Shown here: one piece after another, positions 12,782 through 25,459 of the stretch
How positions within the stretch are numbered: position 1 is the stretch's first letter
Layout of the letters: the number at the start of each line of letters is the position of its first letter
Assembly (NCBI GenBank): GCA_001600815.1
Contig: BCKZ01000030.1
Span: forward strand, 93,918 to 157,917
DNA length: 64,000 nucleotides
Reading direction: 5' to 3'
Source of the DNA: Alloascoidea hylecoeti
Taxonomy: Eukaryota
Made by a program: the position numbers and the translations under genes
The notes under the pieces: model-generated
What the model saw: only the letters and a program-made list of their open reading frames with translations
The model's database searches: none
Told to the model about the DNA's origin: nothing

Positions 12782-13177
12782 ATGGCTGCCTCACTCCCAC
12801 ATCCAAAAATTGTTAAGAAACACGCCAAGAAGTTCAAGCGTCATCATTCCGACCGTTACCACCGTGTTGGAGAAAGCTGGAGAAAACCAAAGGGTATTGA
12901 CTCATGTGTCAGAAGAAGATTCAGAGGTACCATCCGTATGCCAAAGATTGGTTACGGTTCAAACAAGGCAACCCGTCATTTATCACCATCTGGTCACAAA
13001 GTTTTCCTCGTTTCAAATGTTAAAGATTTAGATTTATTACTTTTACACACAAAAACTTATGCTGCTGAAATTGCCCACAATGTCTCTTCCCGCAACAGAG
13101 TTACACTTGTTGAAAAAGCCAGAGCTTTAGGTGTTAAGGTCACAAACCCATCTGGTAGATTAACTCTTGAGGCTTAA
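12782..13177 (+). CDS. RPL32: 60S ribosomal protein eL32
   Basis: [23 protein letters not shown]...WRKPKGIDS. Confidence 0.99.
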   Translation: MAASLPHPKIVKKHAKKFKRHHSDRYHRVGESWRKPKGIDSCVRRRFRGTIRMPKIGYGSNKATRHLSPSGHKVFLVSNVKDLDLLLLHTKTYAAEIAHNVSSRNRVTLVEKARALGVKVTNPSGRLTLEA

Positions 13178-13458
13178 ATTATAATCTGAAAAATTTATTA
13201 ATTTACATTTTTAATATAAAAACTTACTGTGTATTAAATTCTTATAACAATAAATGTTTCATTCCTTATCTTTTTTTCAAATGAATGTAAAAATAATAGT
13301 TTAGTTTTTTCTAAACAGTATTGAATCGGAACTTGTAATCATATAAAATCTTACACATGTAGATAATTACAGTCAATTGAGAGATAAATATGTTAATTTG
13401 ATTGATAGTTCACTAATACTATTGTTAAATATCGTATATACAGTAGAATTATTTACAA

Positions 13459-14388
13459 TTATGCTTTAGGCGATTTACCCTTTCTTTTTGGTTGTTCAAT
13501 AGATGCTAAAAGTTCTGAGGCTTTTAATACCTTACTTTCAGTAAATCCAATATTTGGATTAATTACAGAAGTTGGTGAGGATTTTAAAAATTCCAATTGT
13601 CTTTTAAAATCAGTTTTAGAAACTGATTTTTCAACTTGTTTAACAGTTTTTTGAATTTGATCAGCTTTATCTGACATAAAACCACGACGAACAGGATCTG
13701 TATAATATTGAATATCTCTTCTTCTAATTGGTCTTGCTTCTAATGGTAATCTACCTCTTTTTCTTAAAAACCAACCTGGAACTAAATGCGCTCGTAATCC
13801 TAAAGAATTGTAATATTTAGCAACAAATGAACCACCAGCTTTTTCAATAGCTTGAATTGCATCTAATGATGCCTTTGTTGTTTCTATTTTAATAGGTAAA
13901 TCATATGTTTCTTTACCTATACCAAGAAGTTTAACACCATATCTTACATGACCAGTAATAACTCCAAATCTAATCATATTTCTAATATTTAAAACTTCAC
14001 CTTCTTTTAATTGAATTTTACCTTCATACCAACATCTTCTAATAGTTGCCAAATTAACTTCTTTTAATTCAACTTTTAAAGGATTTCTAAATCCTCTTTT
14101 TGGGAAAAGTTTATAAATTGGGGTTTGACCACCTTCAAACCATGATTTTACATGACTTCTTGCCTTTTGACCTTTTTGTCCACGACCTGAAGTTTTACCT
14201 TTACCACTTGATGGGCCACGACCTAATCTTTTACCATTTCTTTGAGCTCCTGGACTATCACGTAAAGTTCCAATTAATGATCCATTATGAATAAATCTTG
14301 ATGAAATTTGAAATTGGCCAATCAATAATGTTTGATTGATTGACCGTTGTATTGTACTTAAACCAAAGCTTCTGATTCCCGAAAACAT
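13459..14388 (-). CDS. MRPL10: Mitochondrial ribosomal protein uL15m
   Basis: RLGRGPSSGKGKTSGRGQKGQKAR...WFEGGQTPIYKLFPKRGF, with an N-terminal presequence. Confidence 0.96.
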   Translation of the reverse strand: MFSGIRSFGLSTIQRSINQTLLIGQFQISSRFIHNGSLIGTLRDSPGAQRNGKRLGRGPSSGKGKTSGRGQKGQKARSHVKSWFEGGQTPIYKLFPKRGFRNPLKVELKEVNLATIRRCWYEGKIQLKEGEVLNIRNMIRFGVITGHVRYGVKLLGIGKETYDLPIKIETTKASLDAIQAIEKAGGSFVAKYYNSLGLRAHLVPGWFLRKRGRLPLEARPIRRRDIQYYTDPVRRGFMSDKADQIQKTVKQVEKSVSKTDFKRQLEFLKSSPTSVINPNIGFTESKVLKASELLASIEQPKRKGKSPKA

Positions 14389-14567
14389 CCCTTCCTTTAT
14401 TCTTCTTGATAATATATTTACAACTAGAAGAAAAGTAATGTTGTTTGTTTATACCGTCAGGAATCACCTCTTTTGGTTAACCTCTTCCTGTTTGAAGTAA
14501 GAAAAGTTCTACGAAAAATACGGGTTACCCTGATTTATCAAATTGTGAGAGACCACAATCATTAGCA

Positions 14568-16322
14568 ATGGAAAAATCAAAAAGAAAACCTAGAGCTCTT
14601 GCTTCAAGAGATAAGGGAACCTAGAATACTAAAAGATATGGCCAGAAGTCATTTGGAGACCAATAAATCAATCAGGACGATTGAAAGGGACGCCGGGTTG
14701 CCCCGTTCAACGCTTATATATATAATCAATGGTGGACAATCCAATTCAGCATCAAAATAAGCCTACCAAACTTTGTCAAAGGAAGATGAAAATCGGCTAA
14801 CGAATGTGCTACTTCAATATGCAAAAATGGATATGGCTGCTGACAACGAAAAACTTTATTCTTTGGAGGATGAGTTGGTGGACCTAAGACATTCTGGAAA
14901 GGATAAGTATCCCAAACCATCAACACTAAAACCAACCAAGAACACTACCACTCACCATTATGTGAGTAAGAATTGGATAGGAAATTTTTTAAAGAGGAAT
15001 CCGATCATCGCCTTGAAGAAAGCTAAAGGATTGGATCCCTATAGGGTTTTTAATAGTAATAAAGAAGACCTGGAAAGATGGTTCAAAATCTTAGGTGACT
15101 TAATCCAAGAAAATCGTTACGAACCAAGAGATATTTATAATTAAGATGAGACAGGTTATCAAATTGGGTGAGATCGCCGATATCTGGCTCTGTATTTTTC
15201 CTTCCGAGGAGCCAAGTGGTCCTCAATTGGGTGCTACAAAAGCTGAACTTCTCGTTAGAGTGCATAAATGCTGTTGGATATGCTATGCCTCCACTTATAA
15301 TCGTTAAAGGTACAACAGTTGGAAAGGTTTGGTTGGAAGATGTAAAGAAGAAGGGTATTCGTAAGTGTTCTTTAAGAGCAACACCCTCTGGTTACATCAA
15401 TTCTGAGTTCTTTCTTGCGTGGTTCCAGAACACCTTTCTTAAATATATCAGTCGAAAAAGAAGCAGTTATTGGTCGTCGATGGCCACTCCTCTCGTATCA
15501 TTTTTTTGCCAATCGAAGAATTCCGAGAAAATAATATAGACTTGATGGTTCTGCCTAGCCATTCATCTCAGCTTTGGACCGGTGAAGATGGCGTTCCACA
15601 TACAACAAAAAGATCTATAAACCAAATTCCAGCTACCGGCCGCAAAAAAAAGATCTTATACCAGCCGTGTTGTATGCAAGAAGTAATGGATTAACGTTCC
15701 AATATTATATTGGGATTTGAAAAGAGTGGTATTTGGCCACTTAGTTCGAGTGTTGTGGTGAACCAGGTAAAGTCTATTTCTTTGGATGTACCACCACCAA
15801 ACGGTAACTTGCTTAATCTCGATGAGGAATATGAAAGAGGATTTTCAGATGAGGATGGTGCCATAGACGTTAATCAGAAATTAAACATTTTGTATGCTAA
15901 AAGGGATGAAAATAAGAGGTATGCAGAGACATTTGCTGAATGGAGAATAAGAGCAGCAACAAACAATCAGCTAAATTACCAGAATTAAGCACCCGGAGCT
16001 TTGTAAAAATAAGGTGAAACAATTAAGAAAGGGTAGAAGAGGCAAGGCCAAGTTGCTCAACGAAAATCCAGTGGCTACTGATGAGCAATTAAGGGGTTGA
16101 AATGAACACCATTAAGAACAGGGTAAACAAGAAAAAACAACCCACAATCTTTGAATTACGAACAGAGGAAGCTGTAAAAAATAGTCAGGAGAATATATTA
16201 AGATAAGTAGTTTATATATACACAATATCTAGTGAATTCATCTCTATTTGCGTTGTTGGTGGTTGATTTTGTAAACATTATTTTTTTGGGCCATGTCTAA
16301 GCTCAATGGGACCACCCTTATA
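14568..16322 (+). mobile_element. Degenerate pogo/Fot1-type (Tc1/mariner superfamily, DDE_1) transposon
   Basis: Frameshifted fragments in order: HTH region with VSKNWIGNFLKRNP, DIYN*DETGYQIG, ECINAVGYAMPPLIIVKG, SGYINSEFFLAWF, VVDGHSS, VLPSHSS, a frameshifted QPLD and GFEKSGIWP. A possible right TIR remnant gggaccacccttata lies at ~16308-16322. No left TIR seen. Confidence 0.9.
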
Positions 16323-16639
16323 TTCCATATTTACTACATAGTCATATTAATTGTTGAAGTATTCGTTCATTCAGTATGAAAAACCACAAGCAAAGAAAAT
16401 TCTAACAGATAGCATAAAGTGATAAAGGTTATAATTAGTATTCTACTTAAATCTAAAAAATATTGATAAAACGTGCACATATAGTGTGAGATACACTTAA
16501 TGGAAGAAGATTAAGTGTGCAAGAATGTAGAAAAATCCTTGTTTTACGCCAAAATCCTTATTTTTGCATTATAGGTCAAACATGTCAACAAGGTGAAAGA
16601 CTGGTGTTGGATATAAATGTGGCCGAAAATAAGTGAATA

Positions 16640-17660
16640 ATAGAGCTTCTTATGATCGTACCTTCCAAATTAATTAAATAAGAGGCTCCGACCATTCGTG
16701 AGAATCTTTTCTTCCTAAAAATCAAAATTAGATAATTTATAATCTCCACTAATAAAAGGCCCTTGTTGCTTTTCTATTTTACTAACAGCATATTTTCTAT
16801 AGTTCTCAAAGGAATCAATTTCAATTGGTATAAAAGGAGTACAAGTTAAAGAACAGTTTCTCAAGTTGAGTAAGTTGCATTTATTTAAAATGATGACTTC
16901 TTCTTTATAACGTTTTAGTATGAAATATTCTGTCCTAAAGATTTTCTTTGAGAAGGAGATAAATTCGAAGCACTCATTGTATTGTGTGATGAACTGCGAT
17001 TGCGGATGGTTTCAATATTTATTGAAGTATTTATTGACGACATTTTTAATATTTCAAAATATTAGATTGTGGAGAAGATAGAGAGGGCCAGTTGATTATT
17101 TAAAGGGTCTCGATGTTCATATTAGATAGGTACATAATTTGCATTATTTCAATCAGGTACTTGCCAAAAAAGTTATTTGCATTTTCTTTATGATGTGTAT
17201 TTTCCTAAATAGTTTTTCTGCGGTTTTTCTTCTTCTATAATCATGCATTCCCACAGTCGTAAATATTAATTGTTTGAATTTGAATAACAATATTGTAATC
17301 AATATATATAACTATTGATTCTTTGAAGAAGTACATGAAATATTTTTTTAGATATTATTGAAATGACTTTCGTAACTTTTCTAATTCAGTGCTTGAAGGC
17401 ACGATAATCCTTTGGTCATAAATTCTCTTATTAGAGTTTGAGTTGGACAATATATAGATATTAATATGTGACACACAAAATGGGGAACTTCACCAAATAG
17501 TTAAAAGAAATCATCCAATAATCACTAAGAAATAATGATGATATCAACACACATGAAATAAAAGATAGAGAAATGACTGTAATCACCACTAACAAAATAA
17601 TTCATTACTAATACTGACACAATCGAAAGGATTTACTTATATAATCTCTTCCAAGGTGTA
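16640..17660 (-). pseudogene. Internally deleted, frameshifted paralog of gene 6286-7245 plus its upstream region
   Basis: 16739-~17330 is near-identical to 6934-~7530, with a 7-nt net deletion at ~16933. Looser similarity continues to ~17660 (=7865). agcttcttatgatc at 16644 matches the gene's stop region. Confidence 0.92.
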
Positions 17661-19149
17661 GAATAAACATTACAGTTAATTATAGGATCCATCATCGCCA
17701 AGTTACCATTTATCGTAACAAAACGAGCTCCGGTGAGACCTCATTATTAGGCACTAAACACTCAATTGTAAGTCTTTTACCAACTTCCACAACTTTTGAG
17801 CATTCATTATCTTCTCTACTTCACCAAATATCTATCTATCGCAAAATCAAAGTGCCTCCCATCAGCTATTGGTGTGTTTGAAACACCCGTACACCTATAT
17901 ATATATAAACGCGTTGTTATCCCTTTTTCTTCCTTAAGCCCTCGATCGTATCAGTAATGATATTCACCTTTATTTTCTTTTGGTGATTTTTAAAACTTAT
18001 TCATTAGCTTATATCTCTTAGCAATGCTGAAATAATTCTCAATTATTCATTATTTTTTATTTGTTGACTTTTTCTTTGAGTATTAAGATATCATATCTTT
18101 TATTTAAGGCTGTTAACGAGTAGAGATCTTCTTTAATTAGAAGGTATTTTCACACACACACACACACAGAATTTCCAAGAATTCATCCCTTGTTGGATGG
18201 TGCACTTACTTATTGGTAAAATAGAGTTGATTATCTCTTAAGGATGCAGGGAGAACAATATCTTTGGTGATAATTTGGTACTGATGGTATACTTACTCAC
18301 TGGTATTATCATAATGATTGATGTATTATGGACTTCAATATTAGAACGCAATACCACTCTACAAAAGAAAATTCATCATTGATCATTGAATTTTAATATA
18401 TTTAGGTGGATTGTCATAAGTTCCGGACTTTATTGTTTCTGCAAGCTAGTATATATCATCACAAGCCAATTTTCAATACTACTTGATATTTTAAATTTCC
18501 CTCCTTTTACTGTTGTTGAGTGAGTGTAAGGCACGGCTCCGGTTCTTGATGAAGACGCGTTTTTCCATATCTGGAGAATGAAGGGTCTTTTTAAGTTGAG
18601 ATTTCGTTTTTCCCCTTTAAAAATATGTTTCTTATTCTAAAAGATTTATTATTATTATTATAAAGATAAATAAGAGTACTTTGAACTTATTGCGTTATTA
18701 AAAAGAATAAAGACATCGATGTTAAAGCTGATTACAAAAGAAGAGAATATTTTTGCTTTTTATAAAATGAAATTGTCTCTATTTAATTATTTTGAAAAAA
18801 TTGAGAATTTATTTATTGTTACAGTTTATAAGTGGAATATGATGTTTAAATTTCTTGTTTTTTTCTTTTTGATAAATGAAATCTCTTTAAATTCTGGCTG
18901 TTGCAATTAAGAAAACATTTTATTGTTCTATTACATCCCTAATGATGGACCTTTTCTATGAAATGCTTGTCAATGGATACCTGTCTGGGTAATCATGTCT
19001 GATTTAGGTAAATCACTGATGGAATTCATATCTTGTTTTTTTTGGTTTTGTACTGCTATGTATTTTGTTTTTGCCATCAAGATTTCAATTTTGGAAAAAA
19101 GGAGAAATCAATAAAGATTTTGAAGGGTATCAAATTATTGTTATGATTG

Positions 19150-19505
19150 GGGCTTCTTTTTTTTATTCTTCAAGATAAGTATTTTATTATAAAATATAAA
19201 GGATTGATATTTCAATTTTGACTAACATTTATGAAGAATGATTATGATATTATTAATGTTCGTTTGGGATATTTGATGTGCTTCTCATAGGTTTCTTAGC
19301 TTCTTCCCAATTAAATGTAACAACCGAATAGGAATACTTTTTAAGCAAAACTTCTGAATTGAACAAGAACTGATTAATTCTCCCCCTTTGTTTCCTAAAC
19401 ACCAAATAGTTGTTTTGCTTACATATTCAAATGAAATATCACCCAAAGAAATATCGAAATAAGGAGTAAATGTTTTAAACAAAGATGTTACTGTTACCAT
19501 TACTA
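19150..19505 (-). repeat. Copy B of the inverted duplication (partner 10245-10563)
   Basis: Reverse complement of 10245-10563. Overlaps the 80-aa ORF 19285-19527. Confidence 0.93.
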
Positions 19506-19943
19506 TGTGTCTGATTTGATCAGACATACCGGTAGACTATTCTATTGAATGTTGGGTATAAACTTAACTAAACCTAATGGATTATATTTAACCTTGGGTT
19601 GTCTTACATGCTTTATTTGGTGATTAAAAAGGGAATAAAGACGATAATGTCAAAGAACATAAAGGAGCTGAAGATAGTGAGGGGATATGAGGCTCTTTCT
19701 CCATTGACAATTGCAAATTTATAAAATATTTCATCATGTGTAGTTAAATAATTTGAGAGATAGAAAAAAAATAAAACAGTAGTAATATCAATACTATATA
19801 TAAGCCTTATACGTAATTTATAATGATAGGGTGTGAATATGGGATATAAACAAATGAACCCACTCTAATATTTCATTTTGTAGTTTTGTAGGGTGATTTG
19901 GAGCCAAGGGTAATTTCAAGCAGTATCAACAATTATTTTCATA

Positions 19944-20906
19944 CTAGTTATATCTGCTTGATCCTGAACCATATTTCCAATTATCTTGTTCATTATTATC
20001 ATCGCCTAAACTTCTTTCAGCCTCCAATGTTCTATCAAATTCTTCTTGTTGTCTTTTAAAATCCTCATCTTTATCATCATTTTCTACTTCATTATAATTG
20101 TTATTAAAATCGAGAGGTCTGGAATCAAATGGTGAATCAGACTGCGAATCATCCCGTGATTTTGATTCTTGCGATTGATTAATATTATTGTTTTGATTCC
20201 GAATTCTATCCCAGGATGAGGATGATGATCCATTTCTTGCCAAACCATTTTCTCTCCTAATTGCATCCCATGATGATATTCTTGATTCTTGTTTCGTATT
20301 TTCTTGATTGACATCATTAAATGGATCGGATGTCTCATTTATTGAACCATTATTCTTAGCTATGGTAACTTCATTTTCTTCTTTCAATTCAGTATTTAAT
20401 GGCCTCTTCTTAAATAAACCAATTGGATCTCTATTTTGTAATAAGGGTTGTCCCTGTTTATTAGCATTTAAAGCAATTCTTGGATCTTTTAGAGCTAAAT
20501 CAGGATTCTTAGCACTTTCACTATAATAAACAGACATTGGATAATAAGAAATTGGTGAAAACATATTAATTATCGTTAAACATTTTGAATTATCAGAATA
20601 TTTATCTTTGATATATGATCTGCCCATATATAAAACAATTGGTGCTGATATTGTCATTGATATAAATCCAATGCCTAAAGATGGACCTGCTCTATATCTT
20701 TTTTTATAAAATGCCCCCGAGAATGAACCCATAAATGCTATCCAACTAATTGCACTCGAGTAAGTGCATATTCTACCCAATGTAGATCCTAAATCCTGAC
20801 GGTCGTGTTTTGTTAAAGCATGGTCAGCTTCATAGAATTCAACTTTCTTTTGAAGTAATGGATCCATCGATGGTACTATTGAACCATCATTTCCATATCC
20901 CGACAT
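19944..20906 (-). CDS. RCI37: Mitochondrial membrane protein, Rci37/YIL077C-like
   Basis: VEFYEADHALTKHDRQDL, two hydrophobic segments, YYSESAKNP..LKDPR, QNRDPIGLF, and SSWDAIR/SSWDRIR repeats as in YIL077C. Confidence 0.8.
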   Translation of the reverse strand: MSGYGNDGSIVPSMDPLLQKKVEFYEADHALTKHDRQDLGSTLGRICTYSSAISWIAFMGSFSGAFYKKRYRAGPSLGIGFISMTISAPIVLYMGRSYIKDKYSDNSKCLTIINMFSPISYYPMSVYYSESAKNPDLALKDPRIALNANKQGQPLLQNRDPIGLFKKRPLNTELKEENEVTIAKNNGSINETSDPFNDVNQENTKQESRISSWDAIRRENGLARNGSSSSSWDRIRNQNNNINQSQESKSRDDSQSDSPFDSRPLDFNNNYNEVENDDKDEDFKRQQEEFDRTLEAERSLGDDNNEQDNWKYGSGSSRYN

Positions 20907-21095
20907 AATAATATATTAATTTTTTAGAGGTTTGAATCTTTACTGATTTAAATATATTGTGTATTCTTGAAACCTTCCAAATTTATAATATAAAGATAAT
21001 TGGATACCTCATAGCTTGGTTTTTGCGATGAACGTTTAAGCCGATTGTTCCGGAACTTGGTATTTACCGATTCCGGGTTATTGTAAAAAGAGGTC

Positions 21096-21179
21096 CTTTA
21101 CACAAACACAAAAATAAGAAATCAACCCTACTCTTCTTTACACAAACACAAAAATAAGAAATCAACCCTACTCTTCTTT
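21096..21179. repeat. Perfect 40-bp tandem duplication in a divergent promoter
   Basis: ctttacacaaacacaaaaataagaaatcaaccctactctt x2, followed by atgatctca repeats. Confidence 0.95.
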
Positions 21180-21791
21180 CCACTCATGATCTCAATGATC
21201 TCAATTATCTCATACTCCTCTCAAATAAATCCATCATATATCCCATTTTAAAAAACTGCCTACAGACATCTTTTGGGAAATCCACGTTTTAAGATAAATG
21301 TATGGGTGTCTACGATCTATATGTTGTACCAGCCATCTTCGTCGGTTTCCTCTACTTTCCATTAATTCACAACACCCTTATGATCATCTCACATCTCAGT
21401 CTTTCTTATATCCAATTTAATAGGCAGTCTAAATGGTAATAGTAGAAAACTCCATGCTTTAAGATAACATTTATATGTAATGGCTTTTACATATTAACCC
21501 GGGTGAAAGCATACAAAACTTCCGGAACGAGTCTAGGATATAATTGCGGGAATCAAAGATTCCCGTATATCCTCTTCAACCCAACCCGCCTAAAGTTGTT
21601 GCTGAGTTCGTCTACCCCTCTAAGGCTTTACTATCATCATCGTGTGGAGGCTTCAATTTATTACTAATATATAAAACTATAATCTTTCAGACTCTTGATT
21701 ATTATCTTGAAGATTATTTAATACTACTGGTATTAGAATTGCTTCTTAAATCAAATCCATCAAAAGAAGGAGAAAGAAACAGATATCTAGT

Positions 21792-22874
21792 ATGACAAAT
21801 AAACAACAACTTGACAACAGACCGAAAATCCTTTACATACCAATTATTGATCCAATTCATGATGAATGGGCTTGGAAAACATTAAATGAAAAGTTTAATG
21901 TTATAAACTATGATTTTGATACAATTGATGATTATATTAAAGAAATTTCAAAGCCAAATAATAAATTAGAAGGAATTAGAGGTATTTGTCGTTCAACAAA
22001 TCAATTAGGTTTACCTTATAAAACACATTTATTATTTAAAGGTGAAGCTGTTAGGCATATTCCAAAATCTGTTGAAATTATTGTTCAATCTGGTCATGGA
22101 TTTGATGTTGTTGATGTTGATTATCTAACCAATGAAAAAATTGTATTTTGTAATTCTCCAAGTTCTTGTGATAGAGCAACTGCAGATGTTGGAGTTGCTC
22201 TAATTCTTTCAGCTTTCCGTTACTTAACTTTTGCTGAGCATTGTGTCAGAACAAATCAATATGACTCATCTCAAGAAATCATTCAAAGGGCACAAAATCC
22301 AGAGGGTAAGATATTAGGTATTATTGGCCTTGGAGATATTGGTTATAAAGTCGCAAGAGCCGCTGCAGCTCTTGGAATGAAAATAGTATATAATTCTAGA
22401 TCAAGAAAACCAGATCTTGAAAAGAAATTAAAAATTATAACTGAAGATGAAGAAATAATTTATTATAAAGATATTAAAGATTTATTTGCAGTTTCTGATT
22501 GTATATTTATTTCTTGTCCATATACAAAAGAAACCCATCATCTAATAAATTCAAATTCTTTTAAATTAATGAAACCAAAAGTTAGAATTGTTAATGTTGG
22601 AAGAGGACCAATTGCTTCTGAAAAGGATGTCATTGAAGCAATTAAATCTGGTCAATTAATTGGTGCTGCTTTTGATGTTCAAGAATTTGAACCAAGAATT
22701 GATGAAGAACTTTTAAAAAATTATAACATTACTTTATTACCTCATGTTGGTGGTTATGCAAAAGATAGTTTTGAAGAATTCGAAAGAAAATGTGTTAAAA
22801 ATTTAATAGAATATTTTTATGGTAGTGGAATTCCGAATACTCCAGTGAATCCACAAGTCTTGGATTCTAAATGA
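21792..22874 (+). CDS. D-isomer-specific 2-hydroxyacid dehydrogenase (glyoxylate reductase / D-mandelate dehydrogenase-like)
   Basis: GIIGLGDIG Rossmann motif, VNVGRG, FDVQEFEP and LLPHVGG catalytic motifs. Confidence 0.95.
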   Translation: MTNKQQLDNRPKILYIPIIDPIHDEWAWKTLNEKFNVINYDFDTIDDYIKEISKPNNKLEGIRGICRSTNQLGLPYKTHLLFKGEAVRHIPKSVEIIVQSGHGFDVVDVDYLTNEKIVFCNSPSSCDRATADVGVALILSAFRYLTFAEHCVRTNQYDSSQEIIQRAQNPEGKILGIIGLGDIGYKVARAAAALGMKIVYNSRSRKPDLEKKLKIITEDEEIIYYKDIKDLFAVSDCIFISCPYTKETHHLINSNSFKLMKPKVRIVNVGRGPIASEKDVIEAIKSGQLIGAAFDVQEFEPRIDEELLKNYNITLLPHVGGYAKDSFEEFERKCVKNLIEYFYGSGIPNTPVNPQVLDSK

Positions 22875-23708
22875 TATAAATAACATACTCAAACCACTAT
22901 ATTCGAATAAAACATTTGTGAATTTTGTTATAACATTATTATATATAGATAATATAAGCATGAAATATCCTAAAAATTTATCATTAATATAGTTATTAAT
23001 AGCTCTATCATAACTAGCAGTATTAAGGACATTATGACTTTGAGCGAATCAGGGACTGAAAGTGATTATTTATATGGTAATTATTGGTTACGCTACTTCT
23101 CCTTTTGCAATTGTCAACATCTTATTCAATAATGTATTAATATTCATGGAGTCTAACAATATTACCGTTAAAAGCGAACAGAATCGACCTTTAGGTCGTT
23201 TATAAGCTTCAATTTCCTTCTGGTTTATATTATTATAGTTTCAAAGACTATTCCAGATCAATAGATAAATCCTTAATTGCAAGCTTTGAAAGGTTCTATG
23301 AATGCTATGATTATTGAAATATTACCATTTACACAATACCATTTGCTCTTAGCTAGACAATTATATTAAATCATAAAATTCCAACAAACAAAAGAACCGA
23401 ACAAGTATATAAAAGATGCGTTACTGTATGAATTCAAATGTTATATAGAAACTAATTACAAGTTAATTAATCTCAATTTCAATACCAGCTTTACTGTTTT
23501 GTTGAGTTAATTCCTTTTCCGTAGTAAATATATTAAATAATTAAATTTATTCGTATAATTAAACAAAAAGATAAGTGTAATAAGTTGTATTAAAAAAAAA
23601 GCAACAACAAGAACAAGAACAAAAACAAAACCCCTACAAAAAGTCAAAAAGAGAGAAAAGAACAGCAAAGGGCAATATTTATTTATAATCAATGCTTCAT
23701 AATATAAA

Positions 23709-24659
23709 CTATGATTGTTGTGATTGTTGTGCTTTTACAACTTGAAACCATTGACTTGATCTAATTAATGGTAAAATCATTCCAGTTGCTTCTTCAATTT
23801 GATCACTTACAGTTTCAGTTTCAAGGAAAACATTAATACATTGAATTCTTAAATCATTATCAATTCTTTTAAAAACATCATTTAAATCATCATTTAATAA
23901 ATCCATTTTAAGTAATAAATCATTACATTTGGTTCTTGAAGAATTAACTAATTTTGTTACTTTTCGTAACTCTTTTGTATTTGGATTTGGTTTGGGTTTT
24001 GAAATTCTTTTTTTGTTATTGCATGTTGATTTTGATGTTGATGTTGTTGATGTTGATGTTGATGTTGATTTTGATGTTGTTGATGATGATGATGATTGAT
24101 TTGATTCGTCTATACTATTTGTTTGCATATTATTATTAGTATCAATGGATGTGATTGTGATTGTGTCCGTTTCGTTACTTTGGGTCGTAAAGTCTCCTGA
24201 AGTTGTATCATCGTCATTAATACTCGCATTTGATAATTCCTCAGTTAACTTATCCCCATCAGAAGCATCATTAGATCCGTTAATGTTTTCGTTATTCTCT
24301 GGTTTCTGTTGATCATTATTTGGTATCTCATTCTCAACAACTTCAAGATGATCTTCCAATTGCAGCCAGTGAGAGTCTATTACTTCCTCCTCATCTATCT
24401 CATCATATTCGTTTTCAGCTTCATCACAATGGTCATCATTAACATTACTATTAAAAGTGTTAAATAATAACTGATCTTCAATGCGTATCGATAATTTCTT
24501 TAGTAATTCGTCAATTTCTTCAAACGAATTCTTATAACTTTTCATCCTTGAATGATCACTTTTTAAGCGATCCGATATTGCCAATTTTAATTTAAGCTCT
24601 TTCACTATTTCTTCAAATGAATCATCATCACTTGTATCTTCGATTGAAATCATCATCAT
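23709..24659 (-). CDS. Orphan acidic / coiled-coil protein (316 aa)
   Basis: Long ORF with helical N- and C-terminal parts and an S/T-rich linker. No recognised domain. Confidence 0.65.
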   Translation of the reverse strand: MMMISIEDTSDDDSFEEIVKELKLKLAISDRLKSDHSRMKSYKNSFEEIDELLKKLSIRIEDQLLFNTFNSNVNDDHCDEAENEYDEIDEEEVIDSHWLQLEDHLEVVENEIPNNDQQKPENNENINGSNDASDGDKLTEELSNASINDDDTTSGDFTTQSNETDTITITSIDTNNNMQTNSIDESNQSSSSSTTSKSTSTSTSTTSTSKSTCNNKKRISKPKPNPNTKELRKVTKLVNSSRTKCNDLLLKMDLLNDDLNDVFKRIDNDLRIQCINVFLETETVSDQIEEATGMILPLIRSSQWFQVVKAQQSQQS

Positions 24660-25229
24660 ATAATGCGTAGTATGGGATTTTGTACTATAATCTATAAATG
24701 CTGTATTTACACGTATAATTATGATAACCCCCTAAGTTCTGCTCCTTTTGAAATCAAGCTTAAGGTTAATAGTATATAATAATTATAAGCAGAATGAAAG
24801 TTTTGTAGTAAATTTAAAGCTATTATGTTAATATCTTAACTATATCTTATCGACAAACATTATGGGGTTAAATGACTGTGACGACCGGGTAAAATACTTA
24901 CTCATTCCCAGGCGTATCATCATTTCGATATCGAACAGGATATCCTAAAAAATACTTCAAAGCAAAATCTGATATGTGCGATTGTGGGATTATTAGGGCT
25001 TGCGGCTCTCGTCCATAAGGTCGGTTTACGGGATGAGCTATCGTATTCCATTTTACGATTGCTGAACTTAACTCTTTGATTTCATTTTATCTTTCTATTG
25101 AAGTCAACGATATTGCACAGTTTTCCCTACGACTTATTAATTCATATACCTTGTTCTCATCTTATGATACCTAATACGGCTCTGGGTGTTTTTTCGCCTT
25201 CTATTTTTGTGATCTTATGGTATTTTTGC

Positions 25230-25283
25230 TTTGTTGCTAATGTTTTTGTTGCTAATGTTTTTGTTGCTAATGTTTTTGTTGCT
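25230..25283. repeat. 15-bp minisatellite
   Basis: ttgttgctaatgttt x ~3.5. Confidence 0.95.
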
Positions 25284-25459
25284 CCAAAGGAATTATAACT
25301 TACAAGCTTATTTATCGATAGACAGACCAGCTCCTGTCAGTGATTTACTGATGATAGTTTCCCCATTGACTATTAAATAACCTAATTGGGCACGGGCATC
25401 TGTCTGAACATCCTATTATAAACTTCTAATTATCTATGCCTAGCTGGAACAAATATTAT

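Noticed and set aside
18938..19008. Box C/D snoRNA-like pattern cctaATGATGG...CTGAtttagg
   Set aside because: Box C is imperfect, I could not match the guides to any rRNA sequence I recognise, and the opposite strand reads as a decayed ORF.
21096..21212. Direct repeats resembling a CRISPR array
   Set aside because: Adjacent tandem copies with no spacers, in a eukaryotic genome.
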